The position numbers and the translations under genes were made by a program. Below, piece after piece: positions 9,416 to 19,372 of a stretch of 64,000 bases of DNA (position 1 is its first letter; each line of letters starts with the position of its first letter). The DNA is from a candidate division WOR-1 bacterium RIFOXYB2_FULL_36_35. Its GTDB lineage: Bacteria; Margulisbacteria; WOR-1; XYC2-FULL-46-14; XYC2-FULL-37-10. The DNA lies in NCBI GenBank assembly GCA_001771505.1, contig MEUA01000010.1:3532-67531 (forward strand), written 5' to 3'. The notes beneath the pieces were generated by a model. The model was not told where the DNA came from and did no database searches. It worked only from the letters and a program-made list of their open reading frames with translations.

Positions 9416-10201
9416 ATGGATAAACTTGAAGAAAAAATATTAATATGTGAAGCCTTGGGAATAGATAAGATAAAATTAGCCGCACACCCCGAACTTGAAA
9501 ATTCAAACAACCCAAAACTTGCCGAGTTTAAAAAGAGATGCTCAGAGAATGAACCTCTGGCCTATATCGTCGGACATCAACCTTTTATGGATTTAGATTT
9601 TTTAGTAGACAGATCCGTTCTTATTCCAAGACCAGAGACAGAGGAAATGGTTAATTACATACTAAAATCCCAAATTTCAGATACCACATCCCAATACGGC
9701 ATAAAAATATTAGATATCGGAACAGGGTCTGGATGTATTGCAATCACACTTGCAAAATATTTACCCCAAGCAAAAGTCTGGGCAACTGACACGTCAAATG
9801 AGGCATTGAATATCGCAAAGAAGAATGCAAAAAAGCATGAGGTTGTAGATAAAATAAAGTTTATCGAAGGGGATTTATTTGCTGATATTAAAGAAAAATT
9901 TGACATTATTATTTCCAACCCGCCCTACATTCCAACAAGTGACATCAAAACGCTTGATGCAAATGTAAAAGATTTTGAGCCAAGAGACGCACTGGACGGC
10001 GGCAAGGATGGTTTGGATATTATTAGAAAAATAATTGAAAATGCTTATTCTTATTTAAAAAAAGACGGCATTATCATGCTGGAGCTGGAATTTAGACAAT
10101 CAGAAAAAGTTAAAAATTTACTTAAAAACAAAGGTTATAAAAACATAGAAATAATTAAAGATTCCGCGGAGATAAACAGAATGGCAAAAGCATATTTCTA
10201 A
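9416..10201 (+). CDS. prmC: Release-factor glutamine N5-methyltransferase (HemK/PrmC)
   Basis: SAM-binding loop ILDIGTGSGCIA and NPPY motif (IISNPPYIP). Lies immediately downstream of prfA. Confidence 0.8.
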   Translation: MDKLEEKILICEALGIDKIKLAAHPELENSNNPKLAEFKKRCSENEPLAYIVGHQPFMDLDFLVDRSVLIPRPETEEMVNYILKSQISDTTSQYGIKILDIGTGSGCIAITLAKYLPQAKVWATDTSNEALNIAKKNAKKHEVVDKIKFIEGDLFADIKEKFDIIISNPPYIPTSDIKTLDANVKDFEPRDALDGGKDGLDIIRKIIENAYSYLKKDGIIMLELEFRQSEKVKNLLKNKGYKNIEIIKDSAEINRMAKAYF

Positions 10202-10224
10202 ATTTCTGCTAAAATAATAGAAAA

Positions 10225-10797
10225 ATGAAAACAATAACCTTTAATCAAAAAAACTTCAAAGAAATCATTCAAACCTTAAAGCTTGGAGGCGTAATAATTT
10301 TCCCCACAGATACGGTATATGGCATTGGCACACTCATATCTAATGAGAAAGGGATTAAAAAACTTTTTGAAATTAAAAATCGACCAGTCGATAAGCCCTT
10401 TCAAGTTTTAATATCTGATCTAAAACAGATTCAACTTTTCGCAAAAGAGACAAATCAAACAGCAAAAGAGCTTATTAAAAACCATTGGCCTGGGCCATTA
10501 ACTCTTATTTTTAAAAAGAAGGCTGAAGTTTTAAATGTGATCACAGCAAATAAAGATACCATAGGATTAAGAATGCCCGACCATCCCCTACTCCTTAAAT
10601 TAATGAAAAAGACAGGTCCATTAGTTGTCTCTTCCGCAAATTTGTCAGGAAATAAACCTCCAACAAATCCTGAAGAGGTAAAAATAGAAGCAGACCTGTT
10701 ATTAAACGGTGGAAAATGCAAAATCGGACAATCATCAACAATAATAGATGTTTCAAACAACAAGCCAATCATTTTAAGAAATCAACCCCGATTATGA
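10225..10797 (+). CDS. tsaC: L-threonylcarbamoyladenylate synthase, YrdC/TsaC type
   Basis: Carries the family signature GGVIIFPTDTVYGIG and a single YrdC domain of ~190 aa. The last 5 codons and the TGA stop lie inside a family-1 palindrome. Confidence 0.8.
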   Translation: MKTITFNQKNFKEIIQTLKLGGVIIFPTDTVYGIGTLISNEKGIKKLFEIKNRPVDKPFQVLISDLKQIQLFAKETNQTAKELIKNHWPGPLTLIFKKKAEVLNVITANKDTIGLRMPDHPLLLKLMKKTGPLVVSSANLSGNKPPTNPEEVKIEADLLLNGGKCKIGQSSTIIDVSNNKPIILRNQPRL

Positions 10798-10834
10798 TAC
10801 TCGGGGTTGATTTCACTGCGAATAATCGGGGTTA
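10784..10834. repeat. Family-1 palindromic element (1.5 units) between convergent genes
   Basis: AACCCCGATTATGATACTCGGGGTT followed by GATTTCACTGCGAATAATCGGGGTTAA. It contains the stop codon of tsaC (TGA, 10795-10797) and that of the minus-strand PPIase gene (TTA at 10832-10834). Confidence 0.75.
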
Positions 10835-12232
10835 ATCTGTTACAATTTTATCAGAAACTTTCCCTGAGTTCTTTCTTAATGAGTCCTCAAAAAGCTCTCT
10901 TTTTTCAATACGAACAATTTCCTGTTTTTCCGCCAAAGCAAGTGGTTTTAAGCCTAAATCTAAAAATTCTTTTTCCAAATCTTTGTGCATCAGCTTATCA
11001 TCACCTGCAATAAGAGAAGCCCTTTTAAATTGACTTACAGCCAAATCTTTCTGGCTGTTTTTTAAATACGCTTTACCCAAAACAAGGTATATAGTAGGAT
11101 CGGCTGTTTCCAGTCGAATGGCTTCTTTATATTGAGATATCGCCTGTTTTAAATTTTTTGTATCTTCATATAAAAGCCCCAAAAAAAGCCTGTAATAAGC
11201 ATTATTTGGGTTATCCGCAATAGCTTTGTTGTATTCGGCAATCGCATCAGCAATTTGGCCTTTAAACCGTAAATCCAACGCTTTTAGACTAGGATCTAAA
11301 ATTTCGACTTTAGCATTCTTTTTTATTTCATAAAACCAATCCTGAAAAGCTTTATTCTGCTTCTCTTTTAAAACTGCCGCCTCTATGTTTTTTTCTCCAG
11401 GAATTTTCTTCAATCTGGCATCCACAACTTTTATGATATGATAACCATATTCAGTCTTTACAGGCCCGCCTATCTCGGATACTTTAAGAGAAAAGGCCAA
11501 ATCTTCAAAGGGCTTAACCATTGTCCCGGTTGAAAAAAAGCCTAAATCTCCTCCTTTATCCTTAGATCCAGGATCCTCAGAATATTTTTTGGCTAACACA
11601 GAAAAGTTTTCTCCTTTTTGAATTGCTGTTTTAATTTTTTCTATAAGTTCTTTTGCTTTTTGATCCCCGTCTTTCTCGTTTTTTACTTTCACCAGAATAT
11701 GACTTACCTTAATCTCCCTTAAATCATTCGGATTAATTTCAACAGATCCATAAATTTTTTCATTTATTTTTTTTACTAGTAAATCATCTTTAATCATTTC
11801 TTTAAATCTATCCCAAGAAATATGGGAAGACTCTATCGCCTTTTTTAATTCCGATATATTTTTTAACTTTTCCTGTTCAGCTATTTGTTTTAGAGCTTCA
11901 TTAAGTTCGTCCCTGGAAACTCGCACTTTTTTTTGCGCCTCATCCAACATAATGGAAAAATCAATTGTCTGGGAAAGCGCCATATTTTGAAGAAATAAAA
12001 TATCAGAAGGTTTAATTCTCTCAGGAAAGTTTTGCCTTAACCTTGAAAAAATATTGTTAAAAGTTATAATGTCAACTCTCTTTCCATTTACCTTCAAAAG
12101 CGCTTTGTCTTTTTCAGTAGTAGAAAACTTACTAAAACCTGAATATCCCAAACCATAAAAAATAGAAAAACTAAAAACAAAGGCAACAACAATCATTATT
12201 ATTTTCATTTTTTTTCTAAAAAAACTAAGCAT
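10832..12232 (-). CDS. Membrane-anchored PpiC-type peptidyl-prolyl isomerase with C-terminal TPR repeats (SurA/PpiD/PrsA-like)
   Basis: N-terminal TM segment. Parvulin domain (EIKVSHILVKV...GGDLGFFSTG...YGYHIIKV). TPR-like repeats at the C-terminus (AEYNKAIADNPNNAYYRLFLGLLYEDTKNLKQAISQYKEAI). Confidence 0.7.
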   Translation of the reverse strand: MLSFFRKKMKIIMIVVAFVFSFSIFYGLGYSGFSKFSTTEKDKALLKVNGKRVDIITFNNIFSRLRQNFPERIKPSDILFLQNMALSQTIDFSIMLDEAQKKVRVSRDELNEALKQIAEQEKLKNISELKKAIESSHISWDRFKEMIKDDLLVKKINEKIYGSVEINPNDLREIKVSHILVKVKNEKDGDQKAKELIEKIKTAIQKGENFSVLAKKYSEDPGSKDKGGDLGFFSTGTMVKPFEDLAFSLKVSEIGGPVKTEYGYHIIKVVDARLKKIPGEKNIEAAVLKEKQNKAFQDWFYEIKKNAKVEILDPSLKALDLRFKGQIADAIAEYNKAIADNPNNAYYRLFLGLLYEDTKNLKQAISQYKEAIRLETADPTIYLVLGKAYLKNSQKDLAVSQFKRASLIAGDDKLMHKDLEKEFLDLGLKPLALAEKQEIVRIEKRELFEDSLRKNSGKVSDKIVTD

Positions 12233-12237
12233 ATAAT

Positions 12238-13128
12238 CTACTCCTTATCTTTTAAAATTCTGGAAATTGAAATATATCCGCCAAACATACCCAAAAGAAT
12301 ACCCGCAACAACAACAGTTGAATATATCAAAGTAAGCATTGGGCCAGAACTAATCACAGGTAAAAAAGGCAATGCTGTCTGTACCCGTTCAAGTATAACT
12401 TCATATAAAGTTTTAAGAGCAACAAGTCCTATACTCCCACCTAAAACACCAATAATAATACCTTCTATAACAAAAGGCCATCTAAGAAAAGAACTTGTAG
12501 CCCCAACCAATTTCATTATATATATATCTGTAGATCTCGCCAAAACAGTAAGCCTAATAGTATTAACAACTATCAATAAAGTAGCTGTAAATAATAATAT
12601 AACAAGACCGGCGCCGCCAATACGAACTGCCTCAATAAAACTTTCCATCTGTTTTATCAGTTTACCGCTATAGCGAACTTCATCAATTGCAGAAAACCCT
12701 GCAACTTGTTTAGCAATGTCAGGCAACAATTCAGGAGACCGCACACGTATGGCAAAAAAGTTAGGAAGAGGATTTGCGTCTACAACATCATCTAAATTGA
12801 GCCTTCCCCCAAAATCTTCTTTAAAATTTCTCCACGCTTCTTGTTTAGAAACATACCTAACCTCATCAACGCCATTAATTCGAGCAATAGATAGTTGAAG
12901 ACGCGAAGATGAATCAGAGGACAAATCCCTGTCAACATAAGCAACCATATCCAATCTTGTGCCAATGTTTGATGCTATATGGCCCAGATTAGAGATAAAT
13001 ATAAGAAAGAACCCAAAAATAAAAAGAGAAACAGTAACAATGGCAATTGCGACTAAGCTCATAAGACCAGAACGCTTAATCCCACGAAAAGCCTCCACTA
13101 TAAAAAACTCAATATCTCCTAAAGTCAT
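12238..13128 (-). CDS. ftsX: Cell division permease FtsX
   Basis: N-terminal EAFRGIKRSGLMS, four TM segments plus a periplasmic domain. Lies immediately downstream of ftsE. Confidence 0.8.
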   Translation of the reverse strand: MTLGDIEFFIVEAFRGIKRSGLMSLVAIAIVTVSLFIFGFFLIFISNLGHIASNIGTRLDMVAYVDRDLSSDSSSRLQLSIARINGVDEVRYVSKQEAWRNFKEDFGGRLNLDDVVDANPLPNFFAIRVRSPELLPDIAKQVAGFSAIDEVRYSGKLIKQMESFIEAVRIGGAGLVILLFTATLLIVVNTIRLTVLARSTDIYIMKLVGATSSFLRWPFVIEGIIIGVLGGSIGLVALKTLYEVILERVQTALPFLPVISSGPMLTLIYSTVVVAGILLGMFGGYISISRILKDKE

Positions 13129-13808
13129 CAGTGACTATACACTCCTAACTGTTGATCTCTTATTGCTCTTCCAGCATCTAACGCTATAACTCTGCGTTTC
13201 ATGTTGTCAACAATATTTTTGTTATGAGTTGACACAAGAACTGTTGTATTTCTACAATTAATTTTATCTAAAAGCTCCATAATTTCCCATGATGTAGAAG
13301 GATCAAGATTTCCCGTAGGTTCATCTGCTATTAAAATTGTAGGATTATTAACAATTGCACGAGCTATGCAAACTCGCTGTTTTTCCCCTCCGGATAGTTG
13401 TTCCGGAAAAGAACTCACTCTTTTAAACATACCTACAAGTTCAAGGGCCTGCATGGTGCGACGCCTAATTTGAGAACGCTTTGCAGATGTCACCTGAAGA
13501 GCAAATGCCACATTTTCATAAACGGTACGCTTAGGCAAAAGTTTAAAATCCTGAAAAACAATTCCTATATTTCTTCGCAAAAAAGGGACTTGCTCAGGAT
13601 TTAAAGTAGTAACATTCACCTTATCTACAATAACTCTGCCTGAAGACGGCAATTCTTCCCTGTAGATCATCTTCATCAACGTAGTCTTGCCGGCGCCGGA
13701 TGGACCAACAATAAAAACAAATTCTTCCTTGCCTATGTGAAGATTTATATCAAAAAGAGCTTCCACACCGTTTGAATATATTTTTGATACATTTTTAAAT
13801 TCAATCAT
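13128..13808 (-). CDS. ftsE: Cell division ATP-binding protein FtsE
   Basis: ABC ATPase with Walker A GPSGAGKTT, signature LSGGEKQRV and Walker B ILIADEPTGNLD. Confidence 0.85.
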   Translation of the reverse strand: MIEFKNVSKIYSNGVEALFDINLHIGKEEFVFIVGPSGAGKTTLMKMIYREELPSSGRVIVDKVNVTTLNPEQVPFLRRNIGIVFQDFKLLPKRTVYENVAFALQVTSAKRSQIRRRTMQALELVGMFKRVSSFPEQLSGGEKQRVCIARAIVNNPTILIADEPTGNLDPSTSWEIMELLDKINCRNTTVLVSTHNKNIVDNMKRRVIALDAGRAIRDQQLGVYSH

Positions 13809-13865
13809 TGTTTATTTTTCGTTTGGACTGTTATGTCGGTCTGCCACTTAATCCCATTTTTTATT

Positions 13866-15125
13866 CTAAATGTACAAAGGGAACCTAAGACAAAGGCTCT
13901 TAACTTCTTCACGAATCTCTTTTTTCTTTAAATCACTATCTTTATTTTCTATTGTCCTTGATATAAAGTCCGCAATATATTTCATTTCCGCCTCTTTCAT
14001 TCCACGGGTTGTCATGGCGGGAGTCCCTATTCTGACGCCGGAAGTAACAAACGGAGATTCCGGATCAAAAGGGATTGTATTTTTATTTAACGTAATCCCA
14101 ACTTCATCTAAAACCCTCTCCGCTTCCTTCCCAGTTATTTTTTTAGGTCGTAAATCAACAAGCATCAAATGGTTATCCGTGCCTCCTGAAACAAGCCTAA
14201 AGCCATTATCTATCAAAGCTTGCGAAAGAGCTTGCGCATTTTTAATAATCTGCTCCTGATATTTTTTAAAATCAGAGGTTCCCGCTTCTTTAAAAGCAAC
14301 CGCCTTTGCTGCAATTATATGCATTAAAGGCCCTCCCTGATTCCCAGGAAAAACAGCTTTATCAATTTTTTTCGCATAATCTTCGCGGCATAAAATCATT
14401 CCCCCTCGCGGCCCTCTTAATGTTTTATGGGTAGTTGTTGTAACAACTTCCGAATAAGGAACAGGAGAAGGATGGAGGCCGGCAACAACAAGTCCTGCAA
14501 TATGGGCAATATCAACCAATAAAATAGCCCCTACTTCATCGGCAACTTTTCTAAACTTTTCAAAATCTATTATTCTGGGATAAGCCGTCGCCCCTGTCAC
14601 GATCATCTTTGGCTTATATTCTTTCGCAAGTTTTAAGAGTTCATCATAATCAATCAATTCTGTCTCCTTATTTACACCATAAGGGATAAACTTAAAATAT
14701 GTTCCAGAAATATTAACGGGGCTACCATGAGTCAAATGCCCTCCATGAGAAAGGTTCAAACCTAAAACGGTATCACCGTGATTTAAACATGCAAAATAAG
14801 AGGCCATGTTGGCCTGGGAACCTGAATGAGGCTGTACATTCGCATGATCTGCGCCAAATAATTTTTTTGCGCGATCACGAGCCAAATCTTCCGCTATATC
14901 AACACAACCGCATCCTCCGTAATAACGCTTTCCGGGATAACCTTCCGCGTATTTATTTGTCATGACAGCGCCGCAAGCTTCCATAACCGCACGCGATGTA
15001 AAATTTTCGGATGCTATAAGTTCAATATGTGTTTGCTGGCGTTCAAATTCAAGGTCAAGCGATTTTGCTGTTTCAGGATCCACTTTACGAAGATGTTCCA
15101 AATCAAAATGCATTTTAAAACCCAT
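13866..15125 (-). CDS. glyA: Serine hydroxymethyltransferase
   Basis: SHMT signatures including the PLP-lysine region [15 protein letters not shown]. The true start may be the Met 4 codons downstream (MHFDLEHL). Confidence 0.9.
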   Translation of the reverse strand: MGFKMHFDLEHLRKVDPETAKSLDLEFERQQTHIELIASENFTSRAVMEACGAVMTNKYAEGYPGKRYYGGCGCVDIAEDLARDRAKKLFGADHANVQPHSGSQANMASYFACLNHGDTVLGLNLSHGGHLTHGSPVNISGTYFKFIPYGVNKETELIDYDELLKLAKEYKPKMIVTGATAYPRIIDFEKFRKVADEVGAILLVDIAHIAGLVVAGLHPSPVPYSEVVTTTTHKTLRGPRGGMILCREDYAKKIDKAVFPGNQGGPLMHIIAAKAVAFKEAGTSDFKKYQEQIIKNAQALSQALIDNGFRLVSGGTDNHLMLVDLRPKKITGKEAERVLDEVGITLNKNTIPFDPESPFVTSGVRIGTPAMTTRGMKEAEMKYIADFISRTIENKDSDLKKKEIREEVKSLCLRFPLYI

Positions 15126-15226
15126 CTCCTTTAAGAAAATATAAACCTTTTTGAAATTTTAACATAAATATAAAGAGGCAGCAAGGAAATAGAAAAGAAT
15201 TCATCACGTCTCGGCTTCCATTTTAT

Positions 15227-15253
15227 GGACCCCGATTAGGATAATCGGGGTCC
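15227..15253. repeat. Family-1 palindromic element (GGACCCCGATTA-GGA-TAATCGGGGTCC)
   Basis: Perfect 12-bp arms with a 3-nt loop, intergenic between the 5' end of glyA and the 3' end of the 223-aa ORF. Confidence 0.8.
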
Positions 15254-15305
15254 ATTTATTAACAAATCTTAGAAAACCACGACAAATTTTATGCTATTCG
15301 TGTAA

Positions 15306-15977
15306 TCATTCTAAAGACCGCGAATCCATAGTACTCACAGACATAGCTACTTGATCAATAAAGGCTTCAAAGCTTAAAACGGTTCCAACTTGTGGTTGAG
15401 CCTTAAGCACATCCCCTAATTTCCCCCAAGAAAGGCGAGGAAATTCTCTAACTAATCTTCCACTATCTACTATCTTTTCAGATTTATCAGGAAACAGAAA
15501 AAAAGGAATAGCAGATACTGAGAAAGCAAAATCACCAGGTCTTAACTTTAAAAAAAGATTATCCGCCGCCACCTCAAAATTGGGAGTACTTCGAATTTCT
15601 TGTAAAAGATCAAAATACTTTCCACTAGTCGGATATTTTTCTAAAACTTGAGAAAGAGCTGTAGTTACCGTACTCCTTTCTTCTCTTGAAAAGACGGAAA
15701 GGAGGTCGCCTCTAAAATCGCTAGGAAGATCATATATTCTGTTTAACAAATCTATTCTTCCAAGGAAATCCATACTTAACCCGGCTCTTTGAATCGCCTC
15801 ACACACATTGTCCAATCGAGCATTTTCGGCTATTTTTACTGGATCACAAAACTCACCTTCAGAAGTAAACTCATTCCTACCAGTATTTCGAACAATAATA
15901 CTTTCAGCCCTGTAAACCATTTTTTGTCCCATTCTAATATAACTCTGACCTCTTATAACTCCAGCAGCTCCAATCAT
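15306..15977 (-). CDS. Hypothetical protein, 223 aa; last gene of the flagellar operon
   Basis: Long ORF preceded by a strong Shine-Dalgarno (AAGGAGG 8 nt upstream of the ATG). Same strand as the flagellar genes. No recognisable motif. Confidence 0.45.
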   Translation of the reverse strand: MIGAAGVIRGQSYIRMGQKMVYRAESIIVRNTGRNEFTSEGEFCDPVKIAENARLDNVCEAIQRAGLSMDFLGRIDLLNRIYDLPSDFRGDLLSVFSREERSTVTTALSQVLEKYPTSGKYFDLLQEIRSTPNFEVAADNLFLKLRPGDFAFSVSAIPFFLFPDKSEKIVDSGRLVREFPRLSWGKLGDVLKAQPQVGTVLSFEAFIDQVAMSVSTMDSRSLE

Positions 15978-16060
15978 AAATATGCCTCCTTATTATTTAT
16001 AACAAATTATCTTCGTATCTTTGATAAAGAAAATTTCAGTAAAAAACATGGCGCGATATT

Positions 16061-16648
16061 TTATCTTACAACCTTGGATTCTCCAGATATACGCATACCT
16101 AATAATTTAACCCGCTTAAGGCCAAAACCATTAGCTTCAATATCTTTTGTTATAAACTCTACAGAAATAAAAGAAAGGTTTGCCTTTTCCAGAAATTCCT
16201 CAAGAAGAGTTAAAACATTATCTTTCTCAAGAAACCTAATTAAAGATGAAGTCTCCTTAAAATCTATGCTAATAATAGGAGAAGTTGAACTTCGTTCAAC
16301 CCTAGCAACGGCTTTTGCAATTCTTAGTTTTGTTGCAGAAGTAAAAGGATGAAATTCCCCCCTATAGTAAATTTTAACAAGCGCGGGAAAAGTCCCTTCT
16401 TCAAACGACCTCCTGACCAGAACTTCTTCACAAAAAGAATTACTTCTAGAAAGTTGACTGACAGAAGAGTAAACAAAAATATCCTCTTTTATTTCCACAG
16501 AAAGATTAGATTTTTTTTCCCATGGTGGAACAGCAAGAGGCCCCTGAAATTTCAATGATTCGTGGGGGAGAGCAGAGAATCTTCTTAATCCTTTAAATGA
16601 TGCCGTGCCTATATCTATAGTAGGAATAAACAGTGTCATATAAAACAA
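16061..16648 (-). CDS. Hypothetical protein, 195 aa, downstream of fliJ
   Basis: ORF directly after fliJ on the same strand. The N-terminal IDIGTASFKG is vaguely reminiscent of the actin-fold phosphate-1 motif of PilM/FtsA, but this is unproven. Confidence 0.4.
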   Translation of the reverse strand: MFYMTLFIPTIDIGTASFKGLRRFSALPHESLKFQGPLAVPPWEKKSNLSVEIKEDIFVYSSVSQLSRSNSFCEEVLVRRSFEEGTFPALVKIYYRGEFHPFTSATKLRIAKAVARVERSSTSPIISIDFKETSSLIRFLEKDNVLTLLEEFLEKANLSFISVEFITKDIEANGFGLKRVKLLGMRISGESKVVR

Positions 16649-16738
16649 TTCGAATAAAAAATAAAAAAATTTCAGTTTATTTGCAAAAAATCCGGATATA
16701 ATTTAACCCTGATTATTAGGAGGAATTTCAAACAGTCT

Positions 16739-16817
16739 TAACCCCGATTATTCATACCGTAAGTAATGTTTGACAATTTGTTAGTTATTGATTCTGGGGT
16801 GAATAATCGGGGTTAAG
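16739..16817. repeat. 78-bp family-1 MITE-like element (15-bp TIR AACCCCGATTATTCA with a ~48-bp core); copy A
   Basis: TAACCCCGATTATTCATACCGTAAGTAATGTTTGACAATTTGTTAGTTATTGATTCTGGGGTGAATAATCGGGGTTAAG. Overlaps the fliJ stop codon (TTA at 16813-16815). A degenerate half-site AACCCTGATTATTAGG lies just upstream at 16705-16720. This copy is 100% identical to the inverted copy at 57821-57898. Confidence 0.85.
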
Positions 16818-17292
16818 ATTTTTCTCTCTGATCCCGTTGAAATCTTTGTGTGGCAATTTCATCTAAAAATTTAAGTTCTAAATCTTGCATTAATTTTGTA
16901 TGTTTTTTCTTTGTATTATCTTTATCTTTCTCCATAATTTTTTTATCTTTCATCGACTTAACGAGCTGTTCCCTCTGTTTTTCCAGTTTTTTGCTTGCAT
17001 CTATAACTTTTTCAACCTGTTTTTCTATATCTTCTTTTAATATGCCCAAATGAGAATGGCGGCGCATCACTTCCCCAAAATCAGAGATCGGCCCTGACTT
17101 AAAAACTTTTCTTAAGGTGTTTTCCTGGTCTTTCTTTTCATCCCTTAATTCATCTTCTTTTTTCTTTTCTTTTATATATTCCCTGTTTTTTTCAGCAAAT
17201 TTTTCCTGTTCTTTTTTTTCTCTAATTCCTCTCACCTTTAAAACAGTTTCTAAAGTGTATTTGAATTTGCCCGCTTTTATTTTTCTTGCCAT
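16813..17292 (-). CDS. fliJ: Flagellar export chaperone FliJ (coiled-coil)
   Basis: 159-aa, highly charged, coiled-coil protein immediately downstream of fliI. N-terminus KFKYTLETVLKVRGIREKKEQEKF resembles the FliJ consensus (FRL..LL.lR...e). Confidence 0.55.
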   Translation of the reverse strand: MARKIKAGKFKYTLETVLKVRGIREKKEQEKFAEKNREYIKEKKKEDELRDEKKDQENTLRKVFKSGPISDFGEVMRRHSHLGILKEDIEKQVEKVIDASKKLEKQREQLVKSMKDKKIMEKDKDNTKKKHTKLMQDLELKFLDEIATQRFQRDQREKS

Positions 17293-17308
17293 TTATTTTC
17301 TAACCCGA

Positions 17309-18619
17309 TTATTTAAAGATTTTTACCAGCCTTTTAGCCGTTTCATTAAAATCAATCTGTTCAAAAGTCCCTTGTTGCAAAAACTTATTCACCTCGTCTA
17401 TTTTAGATAAAGCATAATCAATTTTTGGATTACTCCCCTTCACATAAGCTCCGATATTAATAAGATCTTCCGCCTCATTATATCGAGCTAGAACTTCCCT
17501 TAATTTTGCGGCTGCCCCCTTATGGTCATCTTTCACAAGATTTGTCATAAGACGAGAAACACTGTGGGAAACATCAATCGCAGGATAATGGTTTCTGGCT
17601 GCAAGATCACGGGATAACATAATATGACCATCTAAAATAGAACGACACTGATCAGCAATAGGTTCATTAAAATCATCACCTTCAACTAAAATAGTGTAGA
17701 AAGCAGTAATAGAGCCTACAACAGATGTGCCTGATCGTTCCATCAGTTTTGGCAATAATGCAAAGACAGAGGGTGTATAACCTCGGGTTGTCGGAGGTTC
17801 GCCGGCCGCAAGCCCCACTTCACGCTGAGCCATTGCAAACCTTGTAACAGAATCCATCATTAAAATAACCTTATTACCCAAATCTCTAAAATACTCGGCA
17901 ATCGCAGTCGCGACAAAAGCCGCTTTCAACCTAATAAGTGGAGGCTGATCGGAGGTTGCAACAACTACCACAGATTTTTTCAACCCTTCTTCGCCTAAAG
18001 ATTCTTCTATAAAATCTCTTACTTCTCTTCCACGCTCTCCAACTAAAGCAATAACGTTTACTTCTGCTTCCGCATTACGTGCAATCATACCCATAAGTGT
18101 AGATTTGCCAACGCCAGACCCTGCGAAGATACCCATGCGTTGGCCTCGCCCAATAGTCAATAACCCATCTATAGCGCGAACCCCTACTTTTAATATTTCT
18201 GTTACTCTGGGACGTTTTACAGGGTCCGGAGGTTCTGCAAAAAGGGATCTGTCTTTTTCTCCGACAATTTGCCCTTTTCCATCAATGGGTTCCCCCAGTC
18301 CGCTTAAAACTCTACCTAATACATGTTTACCGACTTGAACCATAAGAGGCCTTCCTGCAGCCAGGACCTGAGAACCTGGAGATATACCGTAAGTTGAACC
18401 AAGGGGCATTAATAAAACTCTCTTTTCCCTAAAACCGACAACCTCAGCATAAGATTCACGATCCTCTTTTTCTACCCGTATAACACATAAGTCTCCAACA
18501 GAAACACCCTGAACCTGAGCCTCTATTATAAGCCCCACAACCTGAACTACTTTGCCTATAACTTTTATAAGATCTGTCTTTTCGATAGCACGGTAATACT
18601 TTTCAATATCAATTACCAT
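17309..18619 (-). CDS. fliI: Flagellum-specific ATPase FliI
   Basis: F1/T3SS-ATPase family with Walker A GIFAGSGVGKSTL and Walker B region VILMMDSVTRFA. Sits in the flagellar operon. Confidence 0.9.
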   Translation of the reverse strand: MVIDIEKYYRAIEKTDLIKVIGKVVQVVGLIIEAQVQGVSVGDLCVIRVEKEDRESYAEVVGFREKRVLLMPLGSTYGISPGSQVLAAGRPLMVQVGKHVLGRVLSGLGEPIDGKGQIVGEKDRSLFAEPPDPVKRPRVTEILKVGVRAIDGLLTIGRGQRMGIFAGSGVGKSTLMGMIARNAEAEVNVIALVGERGREVRDFIEESLGEEGLKKSVVVVATSDQPPLIRLKAAFVATAIAEYFRDLGNKVILMMDSVTRFAMAQREVGLAAGEPPTTRGYTPSVFALLPKLMERSGTSVVGSITAFYTILVEGDDFNEPIADQCRSILDGHIMLSRDLAARNHYPAIDVSHSVSRLMTNLVKDDHKGAAAKLREVLARYNEAEDLINIGAYVKGSNPKIDYALSKIDEVNKFLQQGTFEQIDFNETAKRLVKIFK

Positions 18620-19372
18620 TTAAACAGCTTCAACCTCTTCTGATGCCCTTTTTAAAGCTTCCCCCAAAACCTCTATCTTCGTAGAAATTCTAGCATCAAC
18701 ATACCCAAGATTAGTCTCAATAATACAACCACCAGGTTCTATCTGGCTATCTTCCAGAATCGACAAACTTTTTACTCCATCAACAAGTCCAGATAATCTA
18801 TCCTTATAACGCTTTATATAGTCAGCATCTTCCCTGTTTACTTTTATAATTATCTGTTCCCTGTCCGACACCCGGTTTATAGCATCAGAAACCACATTTA
18901 AACAAACATCACGATGCAAAGAGACTTCAGAATGTATAATTTGCTCGGCCGCTTTCAACGCAAGCCTCAATATTTCAGATTCAGCATCTTTAATTATCTC
19001 TTTGCGCTCTTTTACCGCTTGGTTAAGGGTTGAAAGCGCATCTTTTATTTTTTCAGTAGCCTCTTTTTTTCCCTCCTCCCTCCCTCTCTTTTGTGAATCT
19101 TCTCTTATCTTTTTGGCTTCCAGCTTAGCCTCCTCTATAATCCCCCTGGCCTGTTTATCAGCTTCTGATAGTTTCTCTTCATCCGAAATCACATCAGGAA
19201 AAGATTGTTCTTCAGATATTTCTTCCTCTTCCTTAAAAGTTGTATTTTCTTCTTGTCGCAAATCCTGTCCCCAGCCAAAATCGAGGGGTAAATCTTTGGA
19301 TATTCTTATAGGTTTCTTCTCAAGTAAAATCTCCCCTGTTTGCGTAATATTTAACCGCTTTATAAGCCCCAC
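18620..19372 (-). CDS. fliH: Flagellar assembly protein FliH
   Basis: Charged coiled-coil N-terminal half and a conserved FliH C-terminus (PGGCIIETNLGYVDARISTKIEVLGEAL). Adjacent to fliI. Confidence 0.7.
   Translation of the reverse strand: MGLIKRLNITQTGEILLEKKPIRISKDLPLDFGWGQDLRQEENTTFKEEEEISEEQSFPDVISDEEKLSEADKQARGIIEEAKLEAKKIREDSQKRGREEGKKEATEKIKDALSTLNQAVKERKEIIKDAESEILRLALKAAEQIIHSEVSLHRDVCLNVVSDAINRVSDREQIIIKVNREDADYIKRYKDRLSGLVDGVKSLSILEDSQIEPGGCIIETNLGYVDARISTKIEVLGEALKRASEEVEAV

Noticed and set aside
15306-16648. A single frameshifted PilM/FtsA-like pseudogene spanning the 195-aa and 223-aa ORFs
   Set aside because: The downstream ORF has its own strong ribosome-binding site (AAGGAGG) and an 84-bp spacer containing a stop. 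Actin-fold similarity is limited to one short motif. They were treated as two genes.
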